A stretch of DNA of 64,000 nt from Arenicellales bacterium (GTDB lineage Bacteria > Pseudomonadota > Gammaproteobacteria > Arenicellales > JAHEKD01). Shown in pieces: positions 38,585-47,437 of the stretch (its first letter is position 1; every line of letters starts with the position of its first letter). The stretch covers positions 212,609-276,608 of the forward strand of contig JANQSD010000001.1 of the NCBI GenBank assembly GCA_028284225.1. The letters are read 5' to 3'. The notes below the pieces were generated by a model. It ran no database searches and was not told the DNA's origin. It saw nothing but the letters and a program-made list of their open reading frames with translations. Made by a program: the position numbers and the translations under genes.

Positions 38585-39291
38585 AGCTTGCATTCGTGAC
38601 CGGGGGATCAAAGGGCCTGGGCAGAGAACTTGTTGAACAACTGGCTGAAAATGATTGGCAAGTGGTTGAATTCTCACGTTCAGGGTCGAGTGAGCATAAT
38701 ATCCGTTGTGATCTTGGTGATTCAGAATCGATTGTTGAAATTAGCCAGTCAGTATTTGGTAAGTTTGCCTCGAAACCGTGGAAACGAATTGTCTTTATCA
38801 ATAATGCGGCAATTTTGCTGCCTATTAAATTCGTTGCTAATCTTAAAGATGAAGAAATTGCTCAAAATATAGCTATAAATCAAGTATCGGCATTTATCTT
38901 TATGTCTGAATTTATCAAGGTCTTTACCAGTCATGATGCTAAAAAATTACTGGTCAATGTTTCCTCAGGTGCTGCACGCAAGGGCTATCCCGGCTGGTCG
39001 TTGTATTGCGCCTCAAAAGCAGCACTGGAAATGTTTATTCAGACACTGGTTCAAGAACAGCAGAATGAAGAATTTCCAATTACGGCAATTAATTATAATC
39101 CGGGAGTTATTGATACTGACATGCAGGGCTCTATCCGAAATACAAATATAAAGGATTTTCCGCTTAAGCAACGATTTATTGACTTTAAAGACAATGGCGA
39201 TTTAAGTACGCCACAAGTTGTCGCGGCTCATTTGCTAACCGTATTTGACAGGGACCTCATTTCAGGTGAAAGTTATTCGATATTTGAATGA
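38581..39291 (+). CDS. Short-chain dehydrogenase/reductase (SDR)
   Basis: The NAD(P) motif is VTGGSKGLG and the catalytic motif is YCASKAAL. TTG 38581 overlaps the upstream stop (TTGA) and is preferred over ATG 38527, which lies inside the GNAT gene. Confidence 0.85.
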   Translation: MKLAFVTGGSKGLGRELVEQLAENDWQVVEFSRSGSSEHNIRCDLGDSESIVEISQSVFGKFASKPWKRIVFINNAAILLPIKFVANLKDEEIAQNIAINQVSAFIFMSEFIKVFTSHDAKKLLVNVSSGAARKGYPGWSLYCASKAALEMFIQTLVQEQQNEEFPITAINYNPGVIDTDMQGSIRNTNIKDFPLKQRFIDFKDNGDLSTPQVVAAHLLTVFDRDLISGESYSIFE

Positions 39292-39328
39292 GGCGGCTGG
39301 ACAACTTAAACAATTACCGGGTATTGAT

Positions 39329-39347
39329 GTCCCGCCTGCGCGGGAAT
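39329..39347. repeat. REP-like hairpin (gtcccgc-ctgc-gcgggaat), inverted relative of the subfamily 1 core
   Basis: The reverse complement attcccgcgcaggcgggac matches the attcccgcgaaggcgggaat core at 11-30. Confidence 0.5.
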
Positions 39348-39351
39348 AAGC

Positions 39352-40110
39352 TTATTTATGCTTGCTTTTTTCTTTTTCTAGTAATTCGTCAATCAATTCA
39401 TGTAAATACTCAAACTCAAGACGGGTGATATTGTAATCAGATAAATGTATGGCTAATAAATCTATAATCTTGTCAGCGGTGCTTTTCGGGCTGAATTTTT
39501 CGGAAATGACTCGTTTAGGCAGAGTTTTACCCGCTGCGATTAATGCCATTTCTTCTTCACTTATAATTTCGTCCAGTACCGGTAAATCACGTTTGGCCAA
39601 TGAGAAATCAGTCTCAATGGTGGAGAAAGCGAGCTTGCTTTCACTTTCACTTGGCTTAACATTTTCAGCTGCTTTTATTTCATCCTCTTTAGATTGTGTT
39701 GCTGCAATCTTGGTTGGCGCTGCAGGACCGATATTTTTTTCGCTGTCAGGTTCTTTTGGGGGTTTTTCTTGCTTCGCTACTGATGAGCGTCTGGTCTTTG
39801 GTGCCGGCTCTTGTGGTTGAACAGTTGTGGTAGGTTTGCTTGAGGTGGCAGGTGCTTTGGTGGCTATGCTTGAACTGTTTGCTGAGTGCATGCGTTCGGC
39901 TGCTTTTTTTCTAGCGGTTTTTTTTGTTGTTTTCGGCGTTGTCTGTTTATTTTCTACATCGGCGGGGCGCTCGGATTCTGAGTCCGAGTCAATATCAAGC
40001 ACCGGCAAATCATCTGCTTCAACTTCTGTTGCTGTGTCGAGTAAAGAGTCAATCGACGATAACACATCGTCGATATCTTTTTGTGTGGTGGGCTTACTCT
40101 TGTCTGCCAT
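39352..40110 (-). CDS. Hypothetical low-complexity protein translationally coupled to holC
   Basis: The 252-aa ORF starts 2 nt after the holC stop. It has a long Lys/Pro/Thr/Ser/Glu-rich centre and a duplicated DLPVLD motif. The structured-looking C-terminus reads DYNITRLEFEYLHELIDELL. Confidence 0.6.
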   Translation of the reverse strand: MADKSKPTTQKDIDDVLSSIDSLLDTATEVEADDLPVLDIDSDSESERPADVENKQTTPKTTKKTARKKAAERMHSANSSSIATKAPATSSKPTTTVQPQEPAPKTRRSSVAKQEKPPKEPDSEKNIGPAAPTKIAATQSKEDEIKAAENVKPSESESKLAFSTIETDFSLAKRDLPVLDEIISEEEMALIAAGKTLPKRVISEKFSPKSTADKIIDLLAIHLSDYNITRLEFEYLHELIDELLEKEKSKHK

Positions 40111-40112
40111 GA

Positions 40113-40547
40113 TTACGCCTGCAGTTTATGCGTTTTAATAGGGTAGTTCTTATCCACATAACTGCGATATTTGTTACGTCCTGCCGTTCGAACAGCGGTA
40201 TCCTGATTAACGATTTCTACCAGGCGTTGATAATTATCAGTATTTGCCGGATCGGGCTGCAGATTAATCAATACTTCTGCTGTTGAATCCAAAGGCTGGT
40301 GATGGATTAATACCGGCTGTTGTGCCTGGTAAGGGTCTGATTCATCAGCCATTGAGTGCGGCAGAAAACTTGATTGTGAAAACGTCCACATAAAATCATC
40401 CAGTTTTTTTGACTGAGCAGAATCAGTAGTCAGTATATGAATATTATGTCCCATTCGATGTACTTTATCGGCCAATCGACAAACTGTTCTTAATCTGGAT
40501 TGCTCATCACTGGATTGAAGCACATAAAAGTCGACTTGCGATGTCAT
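40113..40547 (-). CDS. holC: DNA polymerase III chi subunit
   Basis: The 144-aa product begins VDFYVLQS.... The position directly downstream of pepA is the classical synteny. Confidence 0.85.
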   Translation of the reverse strand: MTSQVDFYVLQSSDEQSRLRTVCRLADKVHRMGHNIHILTTDSAQSKKLDDFMWTFSQSSFLPHSMADESDPYQAQQPVLIHHQPLDSTAEVLINLQPDPANTDNYQRLVEIVNQDTAVRTAGRNKYRSYVDKNYPIKTHKLQA

Positions 40548-42040
40548 TACAATGGTTTCTGGTTGTGATTAATTAACAATTGGCATAAAAGGGGCACGGG
40601 CCGCCCGCTAGCGCCTTTTTTGGCGCCACCGACCCAGGCGGTGCCGGCGATATCGAGGTGTGCCCAGCGATAATCACTGGTAAAACGTGATAAAAAGCAT
40701 GCTGCTGTAATGGTTCCTGCGGCGCGTCCTCCCACATTAGCTATATCGGCAAAATTGCTATTCAACTGTGATTGATAATCGTCCCAGATTGGTAGCTGCC
40801 AGACACGGTCATCACATTGATTGCCGGCTTTACTAATGTTGTTGGCAAGTTTTTGGTCATTGCTCATTAAACCCGTGGCTTTATCACCTAAAGCAATAAT
40901 CACCGCCCCGGTCAGTGTTGCAATATCGATAACGATTGCCGGGTTATAGCGTTCTATATACGTCAGCGCGTCGCATAGAATCAGTCGGCCTTCGGCGTCG
41001 GTATTGAGTACTTCGATGGTTTGCTTGGACATACTGGTGACGACATCGCCAGGCTTATTGGCTTTACCGTTGATCAAGTTTTCGCTGCTGGGTACAACAC
41101 CCACTACATTAATGGGCAGCTCCATTTCTGCGACCGCCCGCATGGCGCCGAATACACTGGCACCACCACACATGTCATACTTCATTTCATCCATTTTGGC
41201 AGCCGGTTTAATTGATATACCACCGGAATCGAAAGTCAGGCCTTTGCCGACCAATACAACCGGCTGGGCATTTTTATTTTTGCTGCCGTTGTATTCCATG
41301 ATGATCAATTTAGCCGGTTCATCACTGCCTTTGGAAACAGACAATAATGATCCCATACCCAACTCGGCCATTTGTTCTTCGTCAAGTATATTAACGTTGA
41401 GGTTCTGTTCCCGGCCCAACTTTTCGGCCTGTTCAGCCAAATAACTTGGTGTGCAAATATTAGCCGGTAAATTGCCCAGTTCTTTGCAAAGGCTTTCACC
41501 ATGACTGATAGCCAGACCCAGCTTAACAGCGCGTCTGGCCGGCATTAAAAACTTGCTTTGACCCGTATGCAGAATAATTTCTTCGAGTGCGGATTTTTCC
41601 TTTTTCGACTTTTTGGTCGTATCGTAATGGTACTGTGTATTTTCACAAACCCGGGTGGCGGCTTGAAAAAAGCCCATTAAATCAATACCCTTGGGTTTGA
41701 CGCCGGCAAGGCAAACAAGAGCTGACTTAATTGGTTTATCCTTGAGTTGATTGATTAATCCGGTTAATTTGCTGTTGAATTTTGCTGCAGTCAGCTCTGC
41801 TTTTTCGCCCAGTTGCACCAGCATGACTTGTTTTGCACAGATTTGATCAGTGTTGTACAGCATGGCCATGCCAGCGGATTTGCTGCTTAAACCTGAATTC
41901 GTCAATAAGTCAGAAAGTAAGCCCGATAGTTGTTTATCTAGTTTTTTAGCATCATTGCTAAGTTCATTTTTGTAGGCGAAAGTGACAATACAATCACATT
42001 CGATTTTGGCAGGGTCGGCAGATTTTAACGAATAGTCCAT
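40547..42040 (-). CDS. pepA: Leucyl aminopeptidase PepA (M17)
   Basis: VGKGLTFDSGGISIKP and NTDAEGRLILCDAL are M17 signatures. Confidence 0.95.
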   Translation of the reverse strand: MDYSLKSADPAKIECDCIVTFAYKNELSNDAKKLDKQLSGLLSDLLTNSGLSSKSAGMAMLYNTDQICAKQVMLVQLGEKAELTAAKFNSKLTGLINQLKDKPIKSALVCLAGVKPKGIDLMGFFQAATRVCENTQYHYDTTKKSKKEKSALEEIILHTGQSKFLMPARRAVKLGLAISHGESLCKELGNLPANICTPSYLAEQAEKLGREQNLNVNILDEEQMAELGMGSLLSVSKGSDEPAKLIIMEYNGSKNKNAQPVVLVGKGLTFDSGGISIKPAAKMDEMKYDMCGGASVFGAMRAVAEMELPINVVGVVPSSENLINGKANKPGDVVTSMSKQTIEVLNTDAEGRLILCDALTYIERYNPAIVIDIATLTGAVIIALGDKATGLMSNDQKLANNISKAGNQCDDRVWQLPIWDDYQSQLNSNFADIANVGGRAAGTITAACFLSRFTSDYRWAHLDIAGTAWVGGAKKGASGRPVPLLCQLLINHNQKPL

Positions 42041-42156
42041 TAATAAGTCCTAAATATTTTCTAATGTGTAATAACATTCATTTTTACTAAACGGTCAAAG
42101 TATAATATATCGTTGGATAAATTAATAAATAAACCAAAGTGGAATTCTGATCGTTC

Positions 42157-43281
42157 ATGATCATTAACAGACAATTTATCAAAGAGACATTATGGTCAAG
42201 TTTGGCGGTGACCTTAGTCATGTTGAGTATTTTCCTGGTGGTGCGACTGGTAGGGTTTCTGCGTGATGCCGCCGACGGTGATGTGCCGGTTGAGAGTATT
42301 CTGATTTTGTTACTGCTAAAGCTGGTCACGTACATTGATGTAATCTTGCCACTGATGATGTTCGTGGCGGTGTTAATGGTCCTCAATCGCTGGAGCCGGG
42401 ATAATGAAATGGCGGTTATTTCGGCTTCGGGAATAGGGCTGACTAATTTTCTTAAGCCGATAGTGATATTAGTCCTGATTATTGGCGGCCTGGCTGCTGC
42501 ATTTTCCTTTTATATTTCACCTCTATCGGTACGTTACGCTGAAGAAATTGAAGAAGAGTTTAAAACCCGTAGCGATATTACCGGTATCGTGCCGGGTGTT
42601 TTTATGGAGACCCGTAGCGGTAATGGTGTTTATTTTGTTGAAGAGCTGAACCAAAAAACGGAAATTTACGATAATGTCTTTGCTTACAGTACAACTGGGC
42701 AAGGAGCCGATGGTGTAGTGGTCGCCCAGGAGGCATTCCAACGCACTGATGCACGTACGCATGACCAATTTCTAGTGCTAAAAAACGGCACTCGATATGA
42801 AGGTGTGCCGGGTGAGAAGGAATACAAGATTGTCGAGTTCGAAACTTATGCGATCCGAATTGAATTAGGTATTCCGCCTGCGCCCAGCATTCCGGTAAAA
42901 GGTTATAAAACCAAGAATTTGATCAAATCCGATGATCCCAGGTTGAAAACTGAGCTGGTTTGGCGGGTATCAAAGCCATTGGTAGTGCCGGTGCTGATGT
43001 TATTTGCGGTGGCGCTAAGTAAAGTTGATGTCAGGCGTAATCGCCTGCCGAATATGTTGACTGCCTTTTTTATTTACTTCTCCTATACCAATCTTGCGAG
43101 TTTCGCAGTAGCCTTGATGAAAAAAGGTACGGTGCAAACCAGCTGGTTATTATGGATGATTCACGGTTTATTTTTTCTCGCAGCTGTGTATATGTTTTAT
43201 CGTAGTTCGCGTAATAAACCGTTTTTTCCGCGATTGTTCCAGCCTAAACCCAAAACTGATTTGTCCTTGCAGCCATCATGA
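42157..43281 (+). CDS. lptF: LPS export ABC transporter permease LptF
   Basis: The 374-aa product is divergent from pepA and belongs to the YjgP/YjgQ family (MIINRQFIKETL...). Confidence 0.9.
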   Translation: MIINRQFIKETLWSSLAVTLVMLSIFLVVRLVGFLRDAADGDVPVESILILLLLKLVTYIDVILPLMMFVAVLMVLNRWSRDNEMAVISASGIGLTNFLKPIVILVLIIGGLAAAFSFYISPLSVRYAEEIEEEFKTRSDITGIVPGVFMETRSGNGVYFVEELNQKTEIYDNVFAYSTTGQGADGVVVAQEAFQRTDARTHDQFLVLKNGTRYEGVPGEKEYKIVEFETYAIRIELGIPPAPSIPVKGYKTKNLIKSDDPRLKTELVWRVSKPLVVPVLMLFAVALSKVDVRRNRLPNMLTAFFIYFSYTNLASFAVALMKKGTVQTSWLLWMIHGLFFLAAVYMFYRSSRNKPFFPRLFQPKPKTDLSLQPS

Positions 43282-44348
43282 GAACCCTGGATATTTACAT
43301 CGCGAAAACCATATTGGTCTATACATTAATCGCGTTTGGAGTCTTATTAGGGCTGTTTACGTTTGTTAATTTTATTGATCAATTAGCTGATCTTGGTGTA
43401 GGAAGCTATGGCATAACCGATGTGATTCGCTATGTTATTTTGACGATTCCCCGCTCGATTTATGAGCTGTTTCCCATGATGGCGCTACTTGGCGCGATTT
43501 TAGGCCTGTCGGTGCTGCAGCAAGACTCAGAATTAATTGTTATGCGGGCTAGTGGAATTTCGGTCTACCAGATTGCTTTTTCTGTGCTGAAGATTGGTTT
43601 TGCGCTGGCGCTGGTCGCTTTATTAATTGGGGAGTTTGTTGTTCCCAGAACTGAAACCATGGCCCAGCGTACCCGAACGGATGCCATGCAGAAACAAATC
43701 AAACAGCAAACCGCAACGGGTTTATGGGTCAGGGATAGCCGGGCTTTTGTCAATATCGCTGAAGTGTTACCGGATTTAAGTCTGCTTAAAATTAAAGTAT
43801 TTGAGTTTGACAGTGAAAACCGGCTTCGCTCGCTGGTTTATTCAGATGCCGCCAAATACAGTTCCGGCAATACCTGGAATCTTGAAGGCGTCAAGCAAAC
43901 ATTATTCGATACCAAGCAAATTGCTGAATCCGTCGAATCTAACCTGGCCCAGTGGACCAGTTTATTGACGCCGGAAATTCTATCCGTTTATTTAATTAAA
44001 CCGGATCAACTCTCAGCCCGGCATTTGCAACAATATATTTCACATCTTGCTTTTAACAGCCAGGACACGCGCAAGTATGAATTGGCATTCTGGAATAAAA
44101 TATTATTACCCATAACGACCGCGTTAATGATGTTTATTGCTATTCCGTTTGTCTTTCATGGTGTGCGCTCAGCCGGGATTGGACGTAGCTTGTTTATCGG
44201 AATTATGCTGGGGCTAGTCTTTTTTGTGGTTGATAAAGGTTTTGGGTCATACGCAATTGTTAAAGATATTCCACCGTTTCTGGGGGCGTCTATTCCGGTT
44301 TTTATTTTTCTGATTATCGGGGTTATCCTGTTGCGCCGGGTTTCATGA
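43278..44348 (+). CDS. lptG: LPS export ABC transporter permease LptG
   Basis: The 356-aa product begins LDIYIAKTIL.... The gene overlaps lptF by 4 nt. Confidence 0.9.
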   Translation: MRTLDIYIAKTILVYTLIAFGVLLGLFTFVNFIDQLADLGVGSYGITDVIRYVILTIPRSIYELFPMMALLGAILGLSVLQQDSELIVMRASGISVYQIAFSVLKIGFALALVALLIGEFVVPRTETMAQRTRTDAMQKQIKQQTATGLWVRDSRAFVNIAEVLPDLSLLKIKVFEFDSENRLRSLVYSDAAKYSSGNTWNLEGVKQTLFDTKQIAESVESNLAQWTSLLTPEILSVYLIKPDQLSARHLQQYISHLAFNSQDTRKYELAFWNKILLPITTALMMFIAIPFVFHGVRSAGIGRSLFIGIMLGLVFFVVDKGFGSYAIVKDIPPFLGASIPVFIFLIIGVILLRRVS

Positions 44349-44802
44349 CGGTCTTTTTGCGTTTTTCCAACATAATCATTTTGCTGCCGCAATACAGATC
44401 ATGCAGGGTCATATTTTGAGGGTGAAATAACGACCAGATCAGCCCAATACCGCATAGGGTCAAACTTGCAATTGCAAAGAAATATCTTTTTAACGCTAAT
44501 TTCCAAGTCAAATCGGCTCCATGGTCACTGACAACCTTGATACGCCAAGCCCGCATTCCTAATGTTTGACCACCATGCGTCCAAAACCAGCCGAAGAATG
44601 CAAACAATATAATCAATATATAAGCTTGCAAGCTTAGTTTGCCAATTGATGATTCTCTGAAAGCCTCAGGTAAGATGGGCACCGGTAAAAAGCAGATAAA
44701 TATAACTGCAACTAACAAAAAAGAGTCGTAAATCATGGCTGCACAACGCCGGAAAAAGCCCGGATGTACATACTCGACAGGATTTGATTTATTAAGAGTC
44801 AA
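44323..44802 (-). CDS. RDD-family membrane protein
   Basis: FFRRCAAMIYDSFLL opens the protein and later MRAWRIKVV is present, with three TM segments. The 3' end overlaps lptG convergently by 26 nt. Confidence 0.8.
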   Translation of the reverse strand: MTLNKSNPVEYVHPGFFRRCAAMIYDSFLLVAVIFICFLPVPILPEAFRESSIGKLSLQAYILIILFAFFGWFWTHGGQTLGMRAWRIKVVSDHGADLTWKLALKRYFFAIASLTLCGIGLIWSLFHPQNMTLHDLYCGSKMIMLEKRKKTVMKPGATG

Positions 44803-45059
44803 TGACTTAGGTGTGTTTGGTTAATAAACTTGGCAGGATTTTACGTCAAATATTGTTTCACAAGAAAGAGTTTTACACAGGCGACATGATTGTAGAATTT
44901 TATCGTAAGTTACAGAAATTATTTCAACTTTGTTACAAAAAAGGTTTCGTAACTAATTGTAATTTAAGGAGAAATAGGATTTTGCCTAAAAAATAGGCAA
45001 TTTCAGAAAGTGTTACACTGTATAGCACCAGGGATCAAGGCCGGGAAGTTATTAACAGA

Positions 45060-45084
45060 GTTATCCACAGATTTTGTGGATAAC
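45060..45084. promoter_or_regulatory. Perfect inverted pair of consensus DnaA boxes
   Basis: The sequence is GTTATCCACA-gattt-TGTGGATAAC. Both 9-mers equal the TTATCCACA consensus. The arms are 10 bp with a 5-nt spacer. Confidence 0.55.
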
Positions 45085-45372
45085 AATCATCTAATGTTTT
45101 GCAATTGTTAACTTAAACCCGGAATATGCAATAACAATCTGTTGCGATAAAAAACTGCTTCAATCTCAAGCACGTCCTCATGAATTTGATCTCACCATAG
45201 GGTGGCTATGGCATCGTCCAAATTCCCTGCGGGAGCGCTTGATCTTATTGCATTTTTTCATCTCACGACAATTCCCATTGCATATTCCGGGTTAAATATC
45301 ATTGAGATTACGCAAAAATTTAAATCGCAGGTTACAATATGATCCAAGATAAATATATAGAGATTTAAGATT

Positions 45373-46227
45373 ATGCGTTGGCGACAAGGTAGACGTAGTT
45401 CTAACATTGAAGACAGACGTGGACGACGGATGTCGCGCGGTGTTAAAACCGGGGGTGGCATTGCAATCGCAGCTGCTCTGGCGGCATTGCTGCTGGGTAA
45501 TGACATGGGACCACTGATTAATTTAATCGGTGGTAAGTTTTTGGGTGGCGATTCTCAATCGCAACAGCAAACTATTCCTAAATCCCCGGAAGACGATACA
45601 GCGGCTGATTTCGTATCAGTGATTCTGGCAGATACGGAAGACGTTTGGGGTCCAATTTTCAAACAAAATGGTGGTCAATATCAGCCACCTAAATTGGTGT
45701 TGTTTAATGATATGGTTCAATCTGCCTGCGGTGTAAACTCGGCGCAGGCCGGGCCATTTTACTGCCCTGGAGATCATCAGGCTTATTTGGACCTCAGCTT
45801 TCTCAATGAGTTACAGCGCCTTGGTGCCAAAGGTGATTTTGCGGTGGCCTATGTAATTGCCCATGAAATAGGGCATCATGTACAAAACCTTACCGGTACT
45901 GCGGCAAAAGTTCGTCAGGTACAGATGCAATCCAGTAAAACCCAGGGTAATCGTTTGCAGGTTATGGCGGAATTACAGGCGGATTGTTATGCAGGTGTCT
46001 GGGCTCATCATGCTCATAAGAAGCGCAAGATACTGGAACAGGGTGATATTGAAGAAGGCATTAATGCTGCCGCTGCAATTGGTGATGATGCATTAACTAA
46101 GGGGCGCGTGCACCCCGATTCATTTACCCACGGCACGTCGCAGCAGCGCATGGAATGGCTACAACGCGGGTTAAAAACCGGTGATATCAACGCTTGTGAT
46201 ACCTTTACTGCATTAGGCGCCGGTTAG
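45373..46227 (+). CDS. ypfJ: Neutral zinc metallopeptidase, YpfJ family
   Basis: The N-terminus MRWRQGRRSSNIEDRRG is followed by one TM segment and the zinc site HEIGHHVQ. Confidence 0.85.
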   Translation: MRWRQGRRSSNIEDRRGRRMSRGVKTGGGIAIAAALAALLLGNDMGPLINLIGGKFLGGDSQSQQQTIPKSPEDDTAADFVSVILADTEDVWGPIFKQNGGQYQPPKLVLFNDMVQSACGVNSAQAGPFYCPGDHQAYLDLSFLNELQRLGAKGDFAVAYVIAHEIGHHVQNLTGTAAKVRQVQMQSSKTQGNRLQVMAELQADCYAGVWAHHAHKKRKILEQGDIEEGINAAAAIGDDALTKGRVHPDSFTHGTSQQRMEWLQRGLKTGDINACDTFTALGAG

Positions 46228-46384
46228 CCCGGTTTCCCGCCATATAGTTTTTAAGACTTCTTTGGGTTCCGCCACAAAGAGGTTTTTTATTCAGCTAACA
46301 GCAGGTTTCACTTAATCTTTTATTCATCGCTTGCGTGATTAAATAAACCTGCATTTACTTTGGACTATATAAAGGAGTCTAGTC

Positions 46385-46837
46385 ATGAAAAAATTAGCTG
46401 TAATCGCTTTGACATTTATGTTAACAGCTTGTGCCGTCAATGAGCGTGGACAACTTGTACCCGATACCAGAGCATTTAATAAAGGAACGTTTATTCCTCT
46501 GGCCAGTGGTTTGCTAGGCTCATTAGCCTGTTATGAATTATTTAAGGATCATGGCAGCAAAGAAGGTTGGACGGCAGCTTGCGGGGTGGGTGGATATTTA
46601 TTAGCAAGAACCTATACTCATGAATCAAGCCGCGTATTGGAAAATAATCGTGTTGGACAAAGCGGCAGCTGGTCAGATCCTGATGGGCGTCACTACACCA
46701 TGACACCTACTGATACTTACTATAATGGATCCACACCTTGTCGCACATATCGAAGCACAGTTGAAATCAACGGCCAGACAGAAATTCTGACCGGTCAGGC
46801 TTGTCGACAGAACGACGGTACCTGGCGCGCTATTTAA
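46385..46837 (+). CDS. Lipoprotein, 17-kDa surface-antigen-like
   Basis: The lipobox is FMLTAC. The C-terminal PCRTYRSTVEINGQTEILTGQACRQNDGTWRA resembles the conserved surface-antigen domain. Confidence 0.7.
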   Translation: MKKLAVIALTFMLTACAVNERGQLVPDTRAFNKGTFIPLASGLLGSLACYELFKDHGSKEGWTAACGVGGYLLARTYTHESSRVLENNRVGQSGSWSDPDGRHYTMTPTDTYYNGSTPCRTYRSTVEINGQTEILTGQACRQNDGTWRAI

Positions 46838-46856
46838 TAGTGATAGTTGTATCAAA

Positions 46857-46890
46857 GCCGGGCTTGAAGTTACTCAAGCCCGGCTTTTTT
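46857..46890 (+). terminator. Rho-independent terminator
   Basis: An 11-bp stem gccgggcttga / tcaagcccggc with a 6-nt loop is followed by TTTTTT. It lies between convergent genes. Confidence 0.85.
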
Positions 46891-46973
46891 AATGCCTGGA
46901 TAATCCTGCGTTGCGTTAATACTTCTATTAAAAGCTCTTGCCCGACTATTTTGAGATGGGTTCTGGGTAAATT

Positions 46974-47357
46974 CTAGTTATATGTAGCCACTTCTATTAA
47001 ATTTTCGTCGGGGTCGCGAATATAAAAGGAGGTAATTGGGCCGTTAGCACCGGTCCGTGCTACAGGTCCTAGTTCAATTTCGACATTTTCTGCTTTTAAG
47101 TGCCGGGCAATTTCATCAACGCCTGATTCTGTAATCAGGCATAAATCTGCCGAACCAGTCATGGGCTTTGCTGCCTTGGGTTCAAACTCATTACCACGCT
47201 GATGTAAGTTGAACTTATATTGACCAAATTGCAGTGCTGTACGATTATCGCCAAATATAATCACTTGTGTACCTAATACACGGCGATAAAACTCACAAGT
47301 TTCATCAATCGAGGCTACGGTTAAAACCAGGTGATCAATCTTGGATATGAATATCAT
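46974..47357 (-). CDS. VOC (glyoxalase/bleomycin-resistance/dioxygenase) family protein
   Basis: The 127-aa product has IDHLVLTV and YIRDPDENLIE. Confidence 0.8.
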   Translation of the reverse strand: MIFISKIDHLVLTVASIDETCEFYRRVLGTQVIIFGDNRTALQFGQYKFNLHQRGNEFEPKAAKPMTGSADLCLITESGVDEIARHLKAENVEIELGPVARTGANGPITSFYIRDPDENLIEVATYN

Positions 47358-47437
47358 TTTTAATTAAGTTTGATGTTTTGACTTTTGATTGTAATATGAA
47401 TGTGGACACATTATTTTGCTAATTGTAGACATAACAG

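Noticed and set aside
39449-40138. Two long plus-strand ORFs (123 and 103 aa) antisense to the holC-coupled low-complexity gene; I considered that the plus strand might be the coding one
   Set aside because: The minus-strand ORF is uninterrupted over 252 codons and starts 2 nt after the holC stop. The plus-strand ORFs are split, Ser/Ala/Gly/Phe-rich mirror images expected from biased codon composition. Strand verification is still suggested in the findings.
44811-44996. 61-aa GTG-initiated ORF in the RDD-ypfJ gap
   Set aside because: It is highly basic and AT-rich, with no RBS. It is probably non-coding, although the region may produce a short transcript ending at the 44982-45003 hairpin.
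45020-45056. Weak resemblance of caccagggatcaaggccgggaag to the conserved domain IV of SRP (4.5S) RNA
   Set aside because: The invariant GGAAGCAGC/GNAR-loop context and the closing helix are absent. The resemblance is limited to a few nucleotides.
44803-45372. Possible chromosomal replication origin (oriC) because of the perfect DnaA-box pair in an AT-rich gap
   Set aside because: Only one strong box pair plus weak one- or two-mismatch boxes is present. I saw no array of AT-rich 13-mers or GATC clustering, and no dnaA, dnaN, gidA or mioC context. It is retained only as a DnaA-binding regulatory or titration candidate.
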